Assembly: GCA_963666835.2 (NCBI GenBank) | Contig: CAXXGO010000001.1 | Coordinates: 1,824,001 to 1,888,000, forward strand | DNA length: 64,000 bases | From: Phycisphaerae bacterium | GTDB taxonomy: Bacteria > Planctomycetota > Phycisphaerae > UBA1845 | Direction: 5' to 3' | Part shown: positions 29,528 to 39,324 of the stretch, piece after piece | Numbering within the stretch: the first letter of the stretch is position 1 | Layout: every line of letters begins with the position of its first letter | The notes under the pieces: model-generated | Databases searched by the model: none | Seen by the model: only the letters and a program-made list of their open reading frames with translations | What the model was told of the DNA's origin: nothing | Program-made: the position numbers and the translations under genes

Positions 29528-32269
29528 ATGAGGATGAAAATCGGAAGATGCGCGTGCGTATACGCGTGCGCGATGGCGCTGACCTTGAGCGTCACGAGCG
29601 TCAGCGTGGGACAGATGCGGATCACCGAGTATATGTACTCCGGGGACGGTGCGGAGTTTGTGGAATTCACGAACGTAGGCGTGGATGCCGTTGATATGAC
29701 CGGCTGGAGCTTCGCCGACGACTCCGCCGTTCCCGGCACCGTGGATCTGAGTGCCTTCGGCGTGGTCGCCGCGGGGCAGTCTGTGATTCTAACGGATGCG
29801 GATGACGCGGCGACGTTCATCGCGGACTGGGGTCTGACGGGCGTCACCGTTATCGCGGGATCGACTGCCGGTCTGGGCCGCGAGGACGAGATCAACCTCT
29901 ACGATGCGAGCGATGTGTTGGTCGATACGCTTATCTACGGCGACGAGCGTTTCACCGGTACACCGCGGACCAAGGACGTCAGCGGCTGGCCCTGTGCGGA
30001 GGCGGTCGGCGCTAACAATGTCTATCAGTGGAACGAATCGACGGTAGGTGACGGCCAGGGATCGTATGCGGCGACGTCGGGGGACACGGGAAGCCCCGGC
30101 ACGTTTGCCACGGTGAGCTGTGGGACGCCGGCGTCGGGGGCTTGCTGCGCGAGCGGAGTCTGCACAGACGGCACGGCGGTCGAGTGTTTCCTGCTTGGTG
30201 GCATTTACCAGGGGGACGGCACCGAGTGTGCAACCACCGATTGCCCCGTGCCTTCTCCTGGCATGATCCGGATTACCGAGTTTATGTACAAAGGTGGCGG
30301 CGGTGAGTTCTTCGAGATCACCAACCTTGATGTCGATCCGGTCGATATGACCGGCTGGAGTTACGATGACGACAGCGCCACGCCGGGGACGGTCGACCTG
30401 AGTGCGTTGGGTACGCTGGCATCGGGCGAGTCGGCGATTGTGACTGAGAGCGTCGCCGCGGACTTTCTGGCCGAGTGGTCGCTGACGGGCGTTAAGATCG
30501 TCGGCGAATCGGGCGCCGGCCTCGGACGGAATGACCAAATCAACATCTTTGACGGCTCCGGAACGCTGGTGGATCAGCTCGGTTACGGAGACGAGGACTA
30601 CCCGGGGACAATCCGCACCGATGGGCGGAGTGGTTGGCCGTGCGGGGCTGCCGTTGGCAATAACGACATCGGGCAGTGGCTCTTCGCATCAGTAGGCGAC
30701 GTGCAGGGATCGATCGAGTCTACGGAGGGTGCCATAGGTAATCCCGGGGCGTTCGTCGATCACGATTGTGCGACTACGCCCACCGGGGCCTGTTGTGACA
30801 GCTTGGGCGGCTGCACCGATCTGACCGCCACCGAGTGCCTCTTGGCGGGCGACAGTTACGAAGGTGACGCCACCGACTGCGCTACATTCACCTGCCCGGC
30901 TCCGTCGGAGGGCATCGTCCGGATCACCGAATATATGTACAGCGGAGAGGGCGACGAGTTCGTCGAGTTCACCAATCTCGACACCAACCCGATCGACCTG
31001 ACCGGCTGGAGCTTCGACGACGACAGCAACGTGCCCGGGTCGGTTGATCTCAGCGCGTTCGGCACACTGTCGCCGGGTGAGTCGGTGATCCTGACCGAGG
31101 GCGATGCGGTGACGTTCGCGGCCGATTGGAGCCTCACCGGAGTGAAGATCATCGGTGAATCGAGCGAGGGGCTCGGTCGTGGCGATCAGATCAACTTGTA
31201 TGACGGCTCAGGCGTTCTGGTCGACCGGTTGACCTATGGCGATGAGGATTTCCCGGGCACGATCCGGACGAAGGACGCCAGCGGCTGGCCCTGCGAAGAT
31301 GCCGTGGGTGTCGATGATATTAACAACTGGCTTCTCTCGTTCGAGGGCGACCTTCAGGGTTCCGTCTTGTCAGCCAATGGCGATGTCGGGCACCCCGGTG
31401 CGTTCCTGACCTTGGCATGCATACTATGCGGGAACGGCCGCGTTGATGCCGGCGAGGACTGTGACGGCGGTGATTGCTGCACGGCGAGCTGCACGTTTGT
31501 AGCCAGTGGTACGGAGTGTCGCGCGTCGACCGGCGTTTGCGATGCCGCCGAAGTGTGCGATGGGGCCGGGGCGGATTGCCCGGAGGACGCTCTGGAGCCG
31601 AGCACCACGGAGTGCCGGGCCTCGGCCGGAAATTGCGACCCGGCGGAGTTCTGCACGGGTGCGAGTGCGGAGTGCCCCGCAGATCTGTTTGATAGCACCA
31701 CCGTGTGCCGGCCCTCCGCCGGCGAGTGCGACCCGGAGGAGGTGTGTGACGGCTCCGGACCGAGCTGCCCCGCGGATGTGCTTGATAGCACGACGGTCTG
31801 TCGGCCCTCCGCCGGCGAGTGCGACATCGCGGAAACGTGTAACGGTACGGATGCGGAATGCCCGGCGGACGAGATGCAGGCAAGCGGCGTGCTTTGCAGT
31901 GACGACGGCAACGAGTGCACCAGCGACATCTGTGACGGCATCGGTGCGTCCTGCACGCATCCGGACAACCTGCAGTGCGGCGCGTGCTGTATGCCCAATT
32001 CCTCCTGCCGAGACGACCTGCTGAGTAGTTCCTGCGTTGGTCTTGGCGGGACGTTCATCGGATCGGGCGAGGTCTGTGACGGCGATTCGGATGGCGATGG
32101 GGTTGCGGATGTGTGTGACGTGTGCCCCGGCGTGAGTGACGCCGACTTCGGACCTGAGTGCCAGGAAGCCATTCCGACTGTTTCGGAGTGGGGCCTGGTG
32201 GTTCTGGCGTTGCTGCTGGCCGTAGCCGGCAAGGTCTGCTTCGGCCGGCGATTCGGCCAAGTGAGCTAG
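29528..32269 (+). CDS. Surface protein with three lamin-tail-domain repeats, disintegrin-like Cys repeats and an IPTL-CTERM-like sorting signal
   Basis: Three RITE.MY..EF.E.TN units; CGNGRVDAGEDCDG then four CRxSxGxCDxxExCxGxxxxCPxD units; C-terminal IPTVSEWGLVVLALLLAVAG..RR. Confidence 0.85.
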   Translation: MRMKIGRCACVYACAMALTLSVTSVSVGQMRITEYMYSGDGAEFVEFTNVGVDAVDMTGWSFADDSAVPGTVDLSAFGVVAAGQSVILTDADDAATFIADWGLTGVTVIAGSTAGLGREDEINLYDASDVLVDTLIYGDERFTGTPRTKDVSGWPCAEAVGANNVYQWNESTVGDGQGSYAATSGDTGSPGTFATVSCGTPASGACCASGVCTDGTAVECFLLGGIYQGDGTECATTDCPVPSPGMIRITEFMYKGGGGEFFEITNLDVDPVDMTGWSYDDDSATPGTVDLSALGTLASGESAIVTESVAADFLAEWSLTGVKIVGESGAGLGRNDQINIFDGSGTLVDQLGYGDEDYPGTIRTDGRSGWPCGAAVGNNDIGQWLFASVGDVQGSIESTEGAIGNPGAFVDHDCATTPTGACCDSLGGCTDLTATECLLAGDSYEGDATDCATFTCPAPSEGIVRITEYMYSGEGDEFVEFTNLDTNPIDLTGWSFDDDSNVPGSVDLSAFGTLSPGESVILTEGDAVTFAADWSLTGVKIIGESSEGLGRGDQINLYDGSGVLVDRLTYGDEDFPGTIRTKDASGWPCEDAVGVDDINNWLLSFEGDLQGSVLSANGDVGHPGAFLTLACILCGNGRVDAGEDCDGGDCCTASCTFVASGTECRASTGVCDAAEVCDGAGADCPEDALEPSTTECRASAGNCDPAEFCTGASAECPADLFDSTTVCRPSAGECDPEEVCDGSGPSCPADVLDSTTVCRPSAGECDIAETCNGTDAECPADEMQASGVLCSDDGNECTSDICDGIGASCTHPDNLQCGACCMPNSSCRDDLLSSSCVGLGGTFIGSGEVCDGDSDGDGVADVCDVCPGVSDADFGPECQEAIPTVSEWGLVVLALLLAVAGKVCFGRRFGQVS

Positions 32270-32305
32270 ACGCGGCAGGCGCGCAATCGTATAGGAAGCG
32301 AGAGA

Positions 32306-32341
32306 GCGGCGGCAACGGGAACGTATCCCCGTTGCCGCCGC
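32306..32341 (+). terminator. Strong hairpin after the surface-protein operon (probable terminator or 3' stabiliser)
   Basis: 14-bp stem GCGGCGGCAACGGG/CCCGTTGCCGCCGC; no clear U-tract. Confidence 0.55.
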
Positions 32342-32727
32342 GTTGCGCGCGCTGGCGTACCGGCATCCGGGACGCAACGTACGGCGAACCGAAAGACACA
32401 GTTGCCTGTCGAATTCGTCGCGTCTGAGTTTATCCCCGGAACGGACCGCGTATGCTGACCGGGCGACGCGTCGTCCGACATAAATAGACAAACCTAAGGG
32501 CCGAATGAGGTTCTATTGATGGAGAACCTAGGCGCGTTCTTTGAATGGCGTCGCTGATACCGTCGTCGTCGCCATGGTTGAGAATGCGAGGAGACTTAAG
32601 GTCAATCGTCGCCTTCTCGCGATGGTGCCCATGACGCTGCCCTTTCCTGGCTAAGTGCAGCGTTCCGTTTTGGGACCGCCGCGGCCAGCCATCTGACCAA
32701 CGGGAAATACCGGTGAAGGAGGTTTGT

Positions 32728-33822
32728 ATGAACCGTAGGAGCGTAATCTCAGGCGCCCGACCGGGCATGCGGATGTCCTGCTGGTCGCTGATCGGTCTGA
32801 CGCTTTTCTGTTGCGTCACCTCCGTGGCTCGGGCATGTACCTCGTTTGCCATGGAATGCAAGGACGGCCTGCGCTTCGGGACCAACTTCGACAACAACTT
32901 CAGGCCAGGGCTGTTATTCGTGAACAAGAGAGGAGTCAGCAAGAGCGGTGCCCCGCTGGATGAGCGTGAAACACCGGCCACTTGGACGTCGAAGTACGGC
33001 AGCGTCACGATCAACACGGCCCCGTATCAGTTTCCTTGGGCCGGTATGAACGAGGTCGGACTGGTGATCAGCACCATGGCGCTGAACGAAACCAAAGTGC
33101 CCATTCCGGACAGCCGTCCTTCCCTGCTTTCGGCGGCCTGGGTTCAGTACGTTCTCGATACGTGCAGGACTGTTGATGACATCATCGAGGCTGAACGGCA
33201 GGTGCGTCTAAACTACGGGATAGACCACTACCTGGCGTGTGACGCCACTGGTCAGTGCGTGGCCGTCGAGTTTCTCGAAGGCAAGCCCGTCTACCACCGT
33301 GGCGAAGACCTGCCCCTCAAGGCGATGATGTTCGGTGGGCCGTACGCTAAGTACTTCAAGCAGAAGCGGCGTGGGGCGGCTTCTGACGCCAAGCCTGCCA
33401 TCGCGGCGGGCACGCTGGCGCGCATCGATGCGATGCTGCGGTCCTACCAACCGGCGGAGGCGAAGGCCGACGTGGACTACGCATTTCGCATTCTGAAAGA
33501 GGTCTCAGCACCGAATACGACGTGGAGTCTTGTGTTTGACGTGCCGAAAAGGACGGTGTTCATCCGTACCTACAAGAACGCGCGCGTGCGCTATATCGAC
33601 CTCAAGGACCTGGACTTTTCTTGTCGTACTCCGGTGATGATGCTCGATGTACATGCGAAACTCGCGGGCGACCTCGTTGGTCACCTGGTGGAATACTCAC
33701 ACAGTATGACGCTGCAACACGCTCTTCAGGCCGTGTCGTACCACCGGCCGGACATCCTGGAGGAGGACGTGAAGAAGATGCTGCAACATCTGGAGAGCTT
33801 TGCGTGTACTGAGACCGATTAG
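32728..33822 (+). CDS. Exported linear amide C-N hydrolase (choloylglycine hydrolase/penicillin V acylase family, Ntn fold)
   Basis: Signal peptide ends ARA-CTSF, exposing the N-terminal Cys nucleophile; GTNFD, GMNEVGL and HYLACD motifs; AAGGAGG before ATG 32728. Confidence 0.88.
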   Translation: MNRRSVISGARPGMRMSCWSLIGLTLFCCVTSVARACTSFAMECKDGLRFGTNFDNNFRPGLLFVNKRGVSKSGAPLDERETPATWTSKYGSVTINTAPYQFPWAGMNEVGLVISTMALNETKVPIPDSRPSLLSAAWVQYVLDTCRTVDDIIEAERQVRLNYGIDHYLACDATGQCVAVEFLEGKPVYHRGEDLPLKAMMFGGPYAKYFKQKRRGAASDAKPAIAAGTLARIDAMLRSYQPAEAKADVDYAFRILKEVSAPNTTWSLVFDVPKRTVFIRTYKNARVRYIDLKDLDFSCRTPVMMLDVHAKLAGDLVGHLVEYSHSMTLQHALQAVSYHRPDILEEDVKKMLQHLESFACTETD

Positions 33823-33919
33823 GAACGGGGTCATTCAGGGGTCTGTCCGCAGACCCCAAAGCCGAAGGGCGCACAGGCCGCACGCGGTTGGCGGCGTCCT
33901 TCGCTGACTGACGCTTGGG

Positions 33920-36412
33920 TCAGCCGACCATGCGCACAACGTCGTTATACGTTACGAAAATGAACGCCCCGATAATCAGGACCAAGCCGATCAGTTGGGT
34001 GGCGACCTGGACGCGGAGGCTCACCGGGCTTCCTTTAATCTTCTCGATGATCAGGAAGATCATCAACCCGCCGTCCACGATGGGCAGGGGAAGGAAGTTG
34101 ATCACGGCCAGGTTGGCCGAGATGATCGCCAGGAAGAACAGGAACTCGACGGTGCCGGCCCGGGCGATCTTGCCGCCGATCGACACGATCCCGAGCGGGC
34201 CGGAGAGGTTCTCCACTCCGACACTGCGCGAGAAGATCATCCGGTCCATGATCGTATAGACCTGCAGGATGAAGGCATAGGTCTTGTGCAAGCCGATTCG
34301 CAAGGCGTCGAAGGCGTTCTCGCCTTTGAGCAGCGTGGTCTCATGGTTAACTCCGACGTTCGCGGAAAATGCGATTCTCCCGAGCCAGGGGTCCACCATA
34401 TCTGCGGTGATGGCAACCTCTGCCGTTTCGACCGGTGAGAGCGGCGTGCGTCGGAACTCCACACGTACGGTCCGACCAATCAGCTCCGTCAGAAGGCTGC
34501 GCAGACCCTCGTGGTAGCCGACCTGGACTTCCTCTAGTCCGCGGTTAGTGTCGACCTCAACACTGGTCTGGTCATCGACCGAAACGATTCGAGCCGCGGA
34601 GCCGACCCCAAGCATGGTTCGCAACGAATGCGGAACGCCGAAGGGGACCGTCTGGGACTCGTTGGCCTTGTCCACGTATACTAGATCCACACTTCGACCC
34701 GCTGAGGCACGAAACACGTCAATCAACTCACGCCAGGTTGTTACCGGCTGATCATCCACCGAAGTGATTCGAACGCCTGGAGGAATACCGGCCTTTGCGG
34801 CCGGGCTGGGTTGCCCTGCAATGCGCGGGACAATGTTGCCGATCTGCAGCCAATCATCCGCGACGTTGGCAAAGCTGACGTCGATGGCCCCGGGAGCCTC
34901 CGGTCTCAATACGGTAGCGAGCAATCTGCCGTCATGTTTCTGGACCGTAATGCGCACATGCTTGCCGACACCGTTACGGATTGCTTTGGAGACCTCGCGA
35001 GCGGACGGGTTTTCTTTGTTCTCGATATAGCGTACCAGATCCCCGGTTTCGATGTCGGCCGCCGCGGCTCTGCCACCCGCCTTGACCTCCACAAAACGGG
35101 CCTGCGCCCCGCCTTCCTTGCGCTCATCCTCGGGAATGGCCAGGCATTGGGCCTGCACGGTGCCTCCACCCTGGCGGTGCTGTTTGGGGCGCACGAAGCC
35201 TTCCGCGATCCGGCCGTCGGCCGTGCGAACGGTGTAATGAACGTCATGTTCCGGATTGTCGCGGTAAGCTCGCGTGATGGTTGCCAGGTTCGGGTAGGGG
35301 ATATCATCCCATTCGATAACCGTGTCGCCCTCCCGCAGACCGCCGAGGAAGCCTCGCCCTTCGAGATCGGCGGCGGCGACGCGCACCAAGGGTGCGAGGC
35401 CGAGCACGTTTATGGAATCCTGATCGTCACTGTCGCTGGGAAAGACCGTCAGTTGAGGGGGGATGTTGACGCGAACCCGTTGTGGAGCGGCGTCCGGGTT
35501 GTTGGGGTCCGGGCGTTCCACGTAAATCTCCTTGGCGTACGCCAACATGTTCTGCATGGCGCTGGCGTTGTCGTCGGTGATGGCAACGCCGTCCGCTTCG
35601 ACCAGAAGGTCCCCTACGTGGGGCGAATCCGGTTTGGACGTGTCGATAAAGGGGCCGACGCCTATGATTTCTCGGGTGTAGCCAGTGCTGATGCCGATGG
35701 CCTGGCGGCGAATCTCGCGGGTGCTCTCCGGCCTGCGATAGTCCGGCATGACCATCAGTGGTGGTATCTGACGGCCATTTCGCTCAACGACGAACTCCAC
35801 CGGCTCCCGCGGATGGGCGAGCAGAATGGCCATACTAATATCATTGAATTCAAGGGTCTTCTCCCCGTTGACCTCCATGACGGTGTCTCCGGGGAGCAAG
35901 CCTGCCTTATCGGCCGGACTGTCCGGCTCAACATAGCCGATCCGGGGGCTGGCCGCCTGCATGCCGACCATGAACACGATCATGAACAGGAAACACGCGA
36001 ATATGATGTTCATCACCACGCCGGCCGAGACGATCGCCATACGCCGACCGACCGGTTTGTTGATGAACGACCGCGGATCGTCCTTAAACAACAGTTCTTG
36101 AGTCTTGTCCTCGAAGTCCTCCTGGCCCAGCATTTTTACGTAACCGCCGAACGGGAGGATGTTAAATGAATAACGGGTCTCACCTCGGGTGACTCCGACG
36201 ACCTCCCGGCCGAACCCGATGGCGAACTGCTCGACACGCACGTCGGCCCACTTGGCCACAAGGAAGTGTCCGAGTTCGTGAACGAAGATGATCGCCGAGA
36301 ACCCGAGGATCATCATCGCATAGGGCCAGATCGCGTCCCAGATCGTGGATATCGCAGACTGGGCCATCAGCAGGGTGTCAGGTTGAGAACACTGAGCAAT
36401 TAAACCGTGCAT
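33920..36412 (-). CDS. rseP: RseP-like M50 intramembrane zinc protease with several PDZ domains
   Basis: HELGH, LPFGGYVKMLGQ and NFLPLPIVDGG motifs; repeated SPAxKAG-type PDZ motifs; start overlaps the 3' end of dxr. Confidence 0.92.
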   Translation of the reverse strand: MHGLIAQCSQPDTLLMAQSAISTIWDAIWPYAMMILGFSAIIFVHELGHFLVAKWADVRVEQFAIGFGREVVGVTRGETRYSFNILPFGGYVKMLGQEDFEDKTQELLFKDDPRSFINKPVGRRMAIVSAGVVMNIIFACFLFMIVFMVGMQAASPRIGYVEPDSPADKAGLLPGDTVMEVNGEKTLEFNDISMAILLAHPREPVEFVVERNGRQIPPLMVMPDYRRPESTREIRRQAIGISTGYTREIIGVGPFIDTSKPDSPHVGDLLVEADGVAITDDNASAMQNMLAYAKEIYVERPDPNNPDAAPQRVRVNIPPQLTVFPSDSDDQDSINVLGLAPLVRVAAADLEGRGFLGGLREGDTVIEWDDIPYPNLATITRAYRDNPEHDVHYTVRTADGRIAEGFVRPKQHRQGGGTVQAQCLAIPEDERKEGGAQARFVEVKAGGRAAAADIETGDLVRYIENKENPSAREVSKAIRNGVGKHVRITVQKHDGRLLATVLRPEAPGAIDVSFANVADDWLQIGNIVPRIAGQPSPAAKAGIPPGVRITSVDDQPVTTWRELIDVFRASAGRSVDLVYVDKANESQTVPFGVPHSLRTMLGVGSAARIVSVDDQTSVEVDTNRGLEEVQVGYHEGLRSLLTELIGRTVRVEFRRTPLSPVETAEVAITADMVDPWLGRIAFSANVGVNHETTLLKGENAFDALRIGLHKTYAFILQVYTIMDRMIFSRSVGVENLSGPLGIVSIGGKIARAGTVEFLFFLAIISANLAVINFLPLPIVDGGLMIFLIIEKIKGSPVSLRVQVATQLIGLVLIIGAFIFVTYNDVVRMVG

Positions 36413-37548
36413 CGAGTAACCTCTTGGCGCGCCCACCGGTCTGCAGCGAACAGATCGTCCAGGCCGGGGGACGCCATGAATTCATGTTGGGCCAAAGCCC
36501 GCTCCGTGTACCGGGCTATGTCGTGGTATTGGATCACGCCGTCTCGGAACAACCGCACCGCCGCCTCGTTGGCGGCGTTAAGTACCGCTCCGGAGGTGCC
36601 GCCGCGCTCGGCGACCTCGTGCCCGAGCCGCAATGCCGGGAACCGTTCCGGATCCGGCGGATGCAGGCTGAGCTGCTTCAGCTCGATGAGGTTCAGTCGT
36701 TCCGACGGACACGGGTAACGCTCCGGGTACGTCAGCGCGTACTGAATCGGAGTACGCATATCGGGCGTGCCCAATTGAGCCATCAGTGATCCATCGCAAA
36801 ACTCTACTAGAGAGTGTATGACTGATTCCGGGTGGATGACCACTTCGATCCGGTCCGGACGTAGGCCAAACAGCCACTTGGCCTCCACGATCTCCAGGGC
36901 CTTGTTCATCATTGTTGCAGAATCGATCGTGATCTTCGGCCCCATATCCCACGTAGGATGGCGAAGGGAGTCCTCCAACGTGATGTCGACCATGTCCTTC
37001 TCGGTCCAGGTCCGGAAAGGACCGCCCGAGGCCGTTAAGTACACCTTCGCAACGTCCACCGCGCGCCCGGCCTGCATTGCCTGGAAGATCGCCGAGTGCT
37101 CGCTATCAACCGGGATGATCACCGCGCCGTTACGTTCTGCCAGCGGCATCAGGATCGAGCCGGCCATGACCATCGCTTCCTTATTGGCCAAGGCGATCCT
37201 GCGACCCAGCTCGACCGCCCGTACGGTGGCGGGCAGACCGTCGGCACCGACGACCGCGCAGACGACGCAATCGCACTCGATCGACTCCACCAAGCGCACC
37301 AGAGCATTCGGGCCGGTGAATACCTCCGGTGAGTAGTCCAGGGAGCCGCGCAGCTCGGCATTCCCGTCTGAACTGGCAAGAGCCACGGCTTCCGGGCGAA
37401 ACCGGTTTGCCTGACCGCCGAGCCGGGCGGCGCGCGATCCGGCCGCCAGCCCGACAACGTCCCACGTGTCCGCCATCGCGGCCAGCACGTCGAGCGTATT
37501 CCGGCCGATGGATCCGGTTGACCCAAGGACGATGGCTCGTTGCTTCAT
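36400..37548 (-). CDS. dxr: 1-deoxy-D-xylulose-5-phosphate reductoisomerase
   Basis: LGSTGSIG, LANKE, PVDSEHSA, LTASGGPF, HPTWDMGPKITIDSATMMNK and NAANE motifs. Confidence 0.97.
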   Translation of the reverse strand: MKQRAIVLGSTGSIGRNTLDVLAAMADTWDVVGLAAGSRAARLGGQANRFRPEAVALASSDGNAELRGSLDYSPEVFTGPNALVRLVESIECDCVVCAVVGADGLPATVRAVELGRRIALANKEAMVMAGSILMPLAERNGAVIIPVDSEHSAIFQAMQAGRAVDVAKVYLTASGGPFRTWTEKDMVDITLEDSLRHPTWDMGPKITIDSATMMNKALEIVEAKWLFGLRPDRIEVVIHPESVIHSLVEFCDGSLMAQLGTPDMRTPIQYALTYPERYPCPSERLNLIELKQLSLHPPDPERFPALRLGHEVAERGGTSGAVLNAANEAAVRLFRDGVIQYHDIARYTERALAQHEFMASPGLDDLFAADRWARQEVTRCTV

Positions 37549-37670
37549 CCAACTCAAATCCTAACGCGGAGACGCATAGTCGCTGTTGTTTTCGGACATA
37601 ATGATAGATTCGACGGCCTCGGCGGACAAGACGTGCGTAGTTCTGCGTACAATCTGTTGGTTGTAGCTGT

Positions 37671-37699
37671 TTGCCGCTCCATTTCGGACGACCTATAAT
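37671..37699 (+). promoter_or_regulatory. Sigma70-type promoter for the Nudix-rhomboid-M50 operon
   Basis: TTGCCG (37671-37676), 17-bp spacer, TATAAT (37694-37699), about 50 bp before ATG 37748. Confidence 0.65.
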
Positions 37700-37747
37700 C
37701 GTGTCGCGCGGTGCTGTGATATCATTGATAATTCTGCTCGGTTCGGC

Positions 37748-38260
37748 ATGCGGAAACGCCTCTTGTCAACGCGGTTGTTTGCCGTTGAACATAGAGAGTA
37801 TCCGCGCGCCGACGGCCCACCGGTGGCCCGCGACGTGGTAATCCACCCCGGGGCGGTCGTGGTTCTTCCCGTGCTCGATGCCGAGCGGATCGTGATGATC
37901 CGGAACTACCGGTACACGGTGGAATCGGAACTCTGGGAGCTTCCGGCCGGTACGAGAGAGCCGGATGAGGCTCCGATCAAGACTGCCCGGCGTGAACTTG
38001 AGGAGGAGGCAGGGTATCGGGCGGGGACGATGACGCCGCTGACTGAGTTCTTCGCTTCACCCGGGTTTGTGACCGAGCGAATGCACTCGTTTGTGGCCAC
38101 CGATCTGACGCATGTCGGGCAGCGGCTCGAGGGGACGGAGCAGATCGTGGTCGAGGTGGTGCCGGCGGAGCAGGTCCGCCGTCGCCTGATCGCGGGCGAG
38201 TTTCTGGATGGCAAAACCGTAGCCGTCCTCGGATTGTACTTCCTGCGCGCTGGCGCTTAA
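37748..38260 (+). CDS. Nudix hydrolase (ADP-ribose pyrophosphatase-like)
   Basis: HPGAVVVLP; Nudix box WELPAGTREPDEAPIKTARRELEEEAG; ASPG; DGKT. Confidence 0.92.
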   Translation: MRKRLLSTRLFAVEHREYPRADGPPVARDVVIHPGAVVVLPVLDAERIVMIRNYRYTVESELWELPAGTREPDEAPIKTARRELEEEAGYRAGTMTPLTEFFASPGFVTERMHSFVATDLTHVGQRLEGTEQIVVEVVPAEQVRRRLIAGEFLDGKTVAVLGLYFLRAGA

Positions 38261-38277
38261 CCGGCTGGTACTTACAG

Positions 38278-39201
38278 ATGGGTTGGCAGGATCGGGAATA
38301 CGCTAAACATGCCGGGCCTTACCGCCCGGTGGGCTATGTAGGCCGCCCCGGCATGTCCGGCAACCGCAGCATCGTGACCACGTTGATAATCATCAACGTC
38401 GCGATCTTCGTCGTGCAGTCGTTCAGCGACCCGGCGGGGGAGTTCCTATTCGACTTCGGGGCGATGCAGGGTAAGGCGGTCTTGCACGGGCAGGTTTGGC
38501 GGTTGATTACCGCTCAGTACCTGCACGCGGGAACCTGGCATCTGGTCTTCAATATGATCGGTCTGCACTTTCTCGGTAGGCCGATCGAACGGATGTGGTC
38601 CACGCGGAAGTTTCTGACCATCTACACGTTGTCCGGTCTTTGCGGGAATCTCTTTTTCACCCTATTGGCCGCGCGCGAGGTGATTAACCCCAACACCCCT
38701 GCGGTAGGGGCGTCCGGGTGTATACTGGGTTTGCTCGGCATCATGGCCGTGCTGTTCCCTAACGCGACCGTGTTCATCTTCCCGATCCCGTTCCCGCTGA
38801 AGATTCGCACGGTTGCCATGATCCTCGCCGCAGTAGCCTTCATGGCGATTATCCAACGCAGCAACAACTACGGTGGTGAGGCCTGTCACCTGGCCGGGCT
38901 GGCGTTTGGGGTTTGGTGGGCGATGAAAGGGGATGCTTGGTGGCGGACGACCGATTGGAGCTGGCGTCGTAGACCGCGAATCACCCGCCCCGGGCGTTCG
39001 GCACGCCCGGCGGCTTCGGGAGGCTTTGCAGGCCGGGTTGCCCAACGCCGGGAGGATACCGAGACCATCGATCGGATTCTCAAGAAAGTGTACGAGGGCG
39101 GCATCCAGAGTTTGTCAGAGTCTGAGAAGCGGGCGTTGCAGGATGCTACCGAGCGGCAACGCCGCCGGGAGCAAGAGGCGGGACGCGTGGATCGAATCTA
39201 A
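38278..39201 (+). CDS. Rhomboid intramembrane serine protease with a C-terminal DUF6576-like tail
   Basis: WRLITAQYLH, HLVFNM, catalytic Ser in VGASG, catalytic His in CHLAG; tail IDRILKKVYEGGIQSLSESEK. Confidence 0.92.
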   Translation: MGWQDREYAKHAGPYRPVGYVGRPGMSGNRSIVTTLIIINVAIFVVQSFSDPAGEFLFDFGAMQGKAVLHGQVWRLITAQYLHAGTWHLVFNMIGLHFLGRPIERMWSTRKFLTIYTLSGLCGNLFFTLLAAREVINPNTPAVGASGCILGLLGIMAVLFPNATVFIFPIPFPLKIRTVAMILAAVAFMAIIQRSNNYGGEACHLAGLAFGVWWAMKGDAWWRTTDWSWRRRPRITRPGRSARPAASGGFAGRVAQRREDTETIDRILKKVYEGGIQSLSESEKRALQDATERQRRREQEAGRVDRI

Positions 39202-39324
39202 GCCGTTGAAAGAGGGGACCGGGCTCCGAGCCGATTCTTGCTCACAGCCGGTGTGCCACTGCTCTCGAGCAGTGCAGTAACGGGGCATGGGTCAGTACAG
39301 GAACTCGCCGAATGGGATTCCGGG

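Noticed and set aside
33838..33857. Hairpin GGGGTCTG-TCCG-CAGACCCC as an intrinsic terminator
   Set aside because: No U-tract follows it on either strand, so it is left unassigned.
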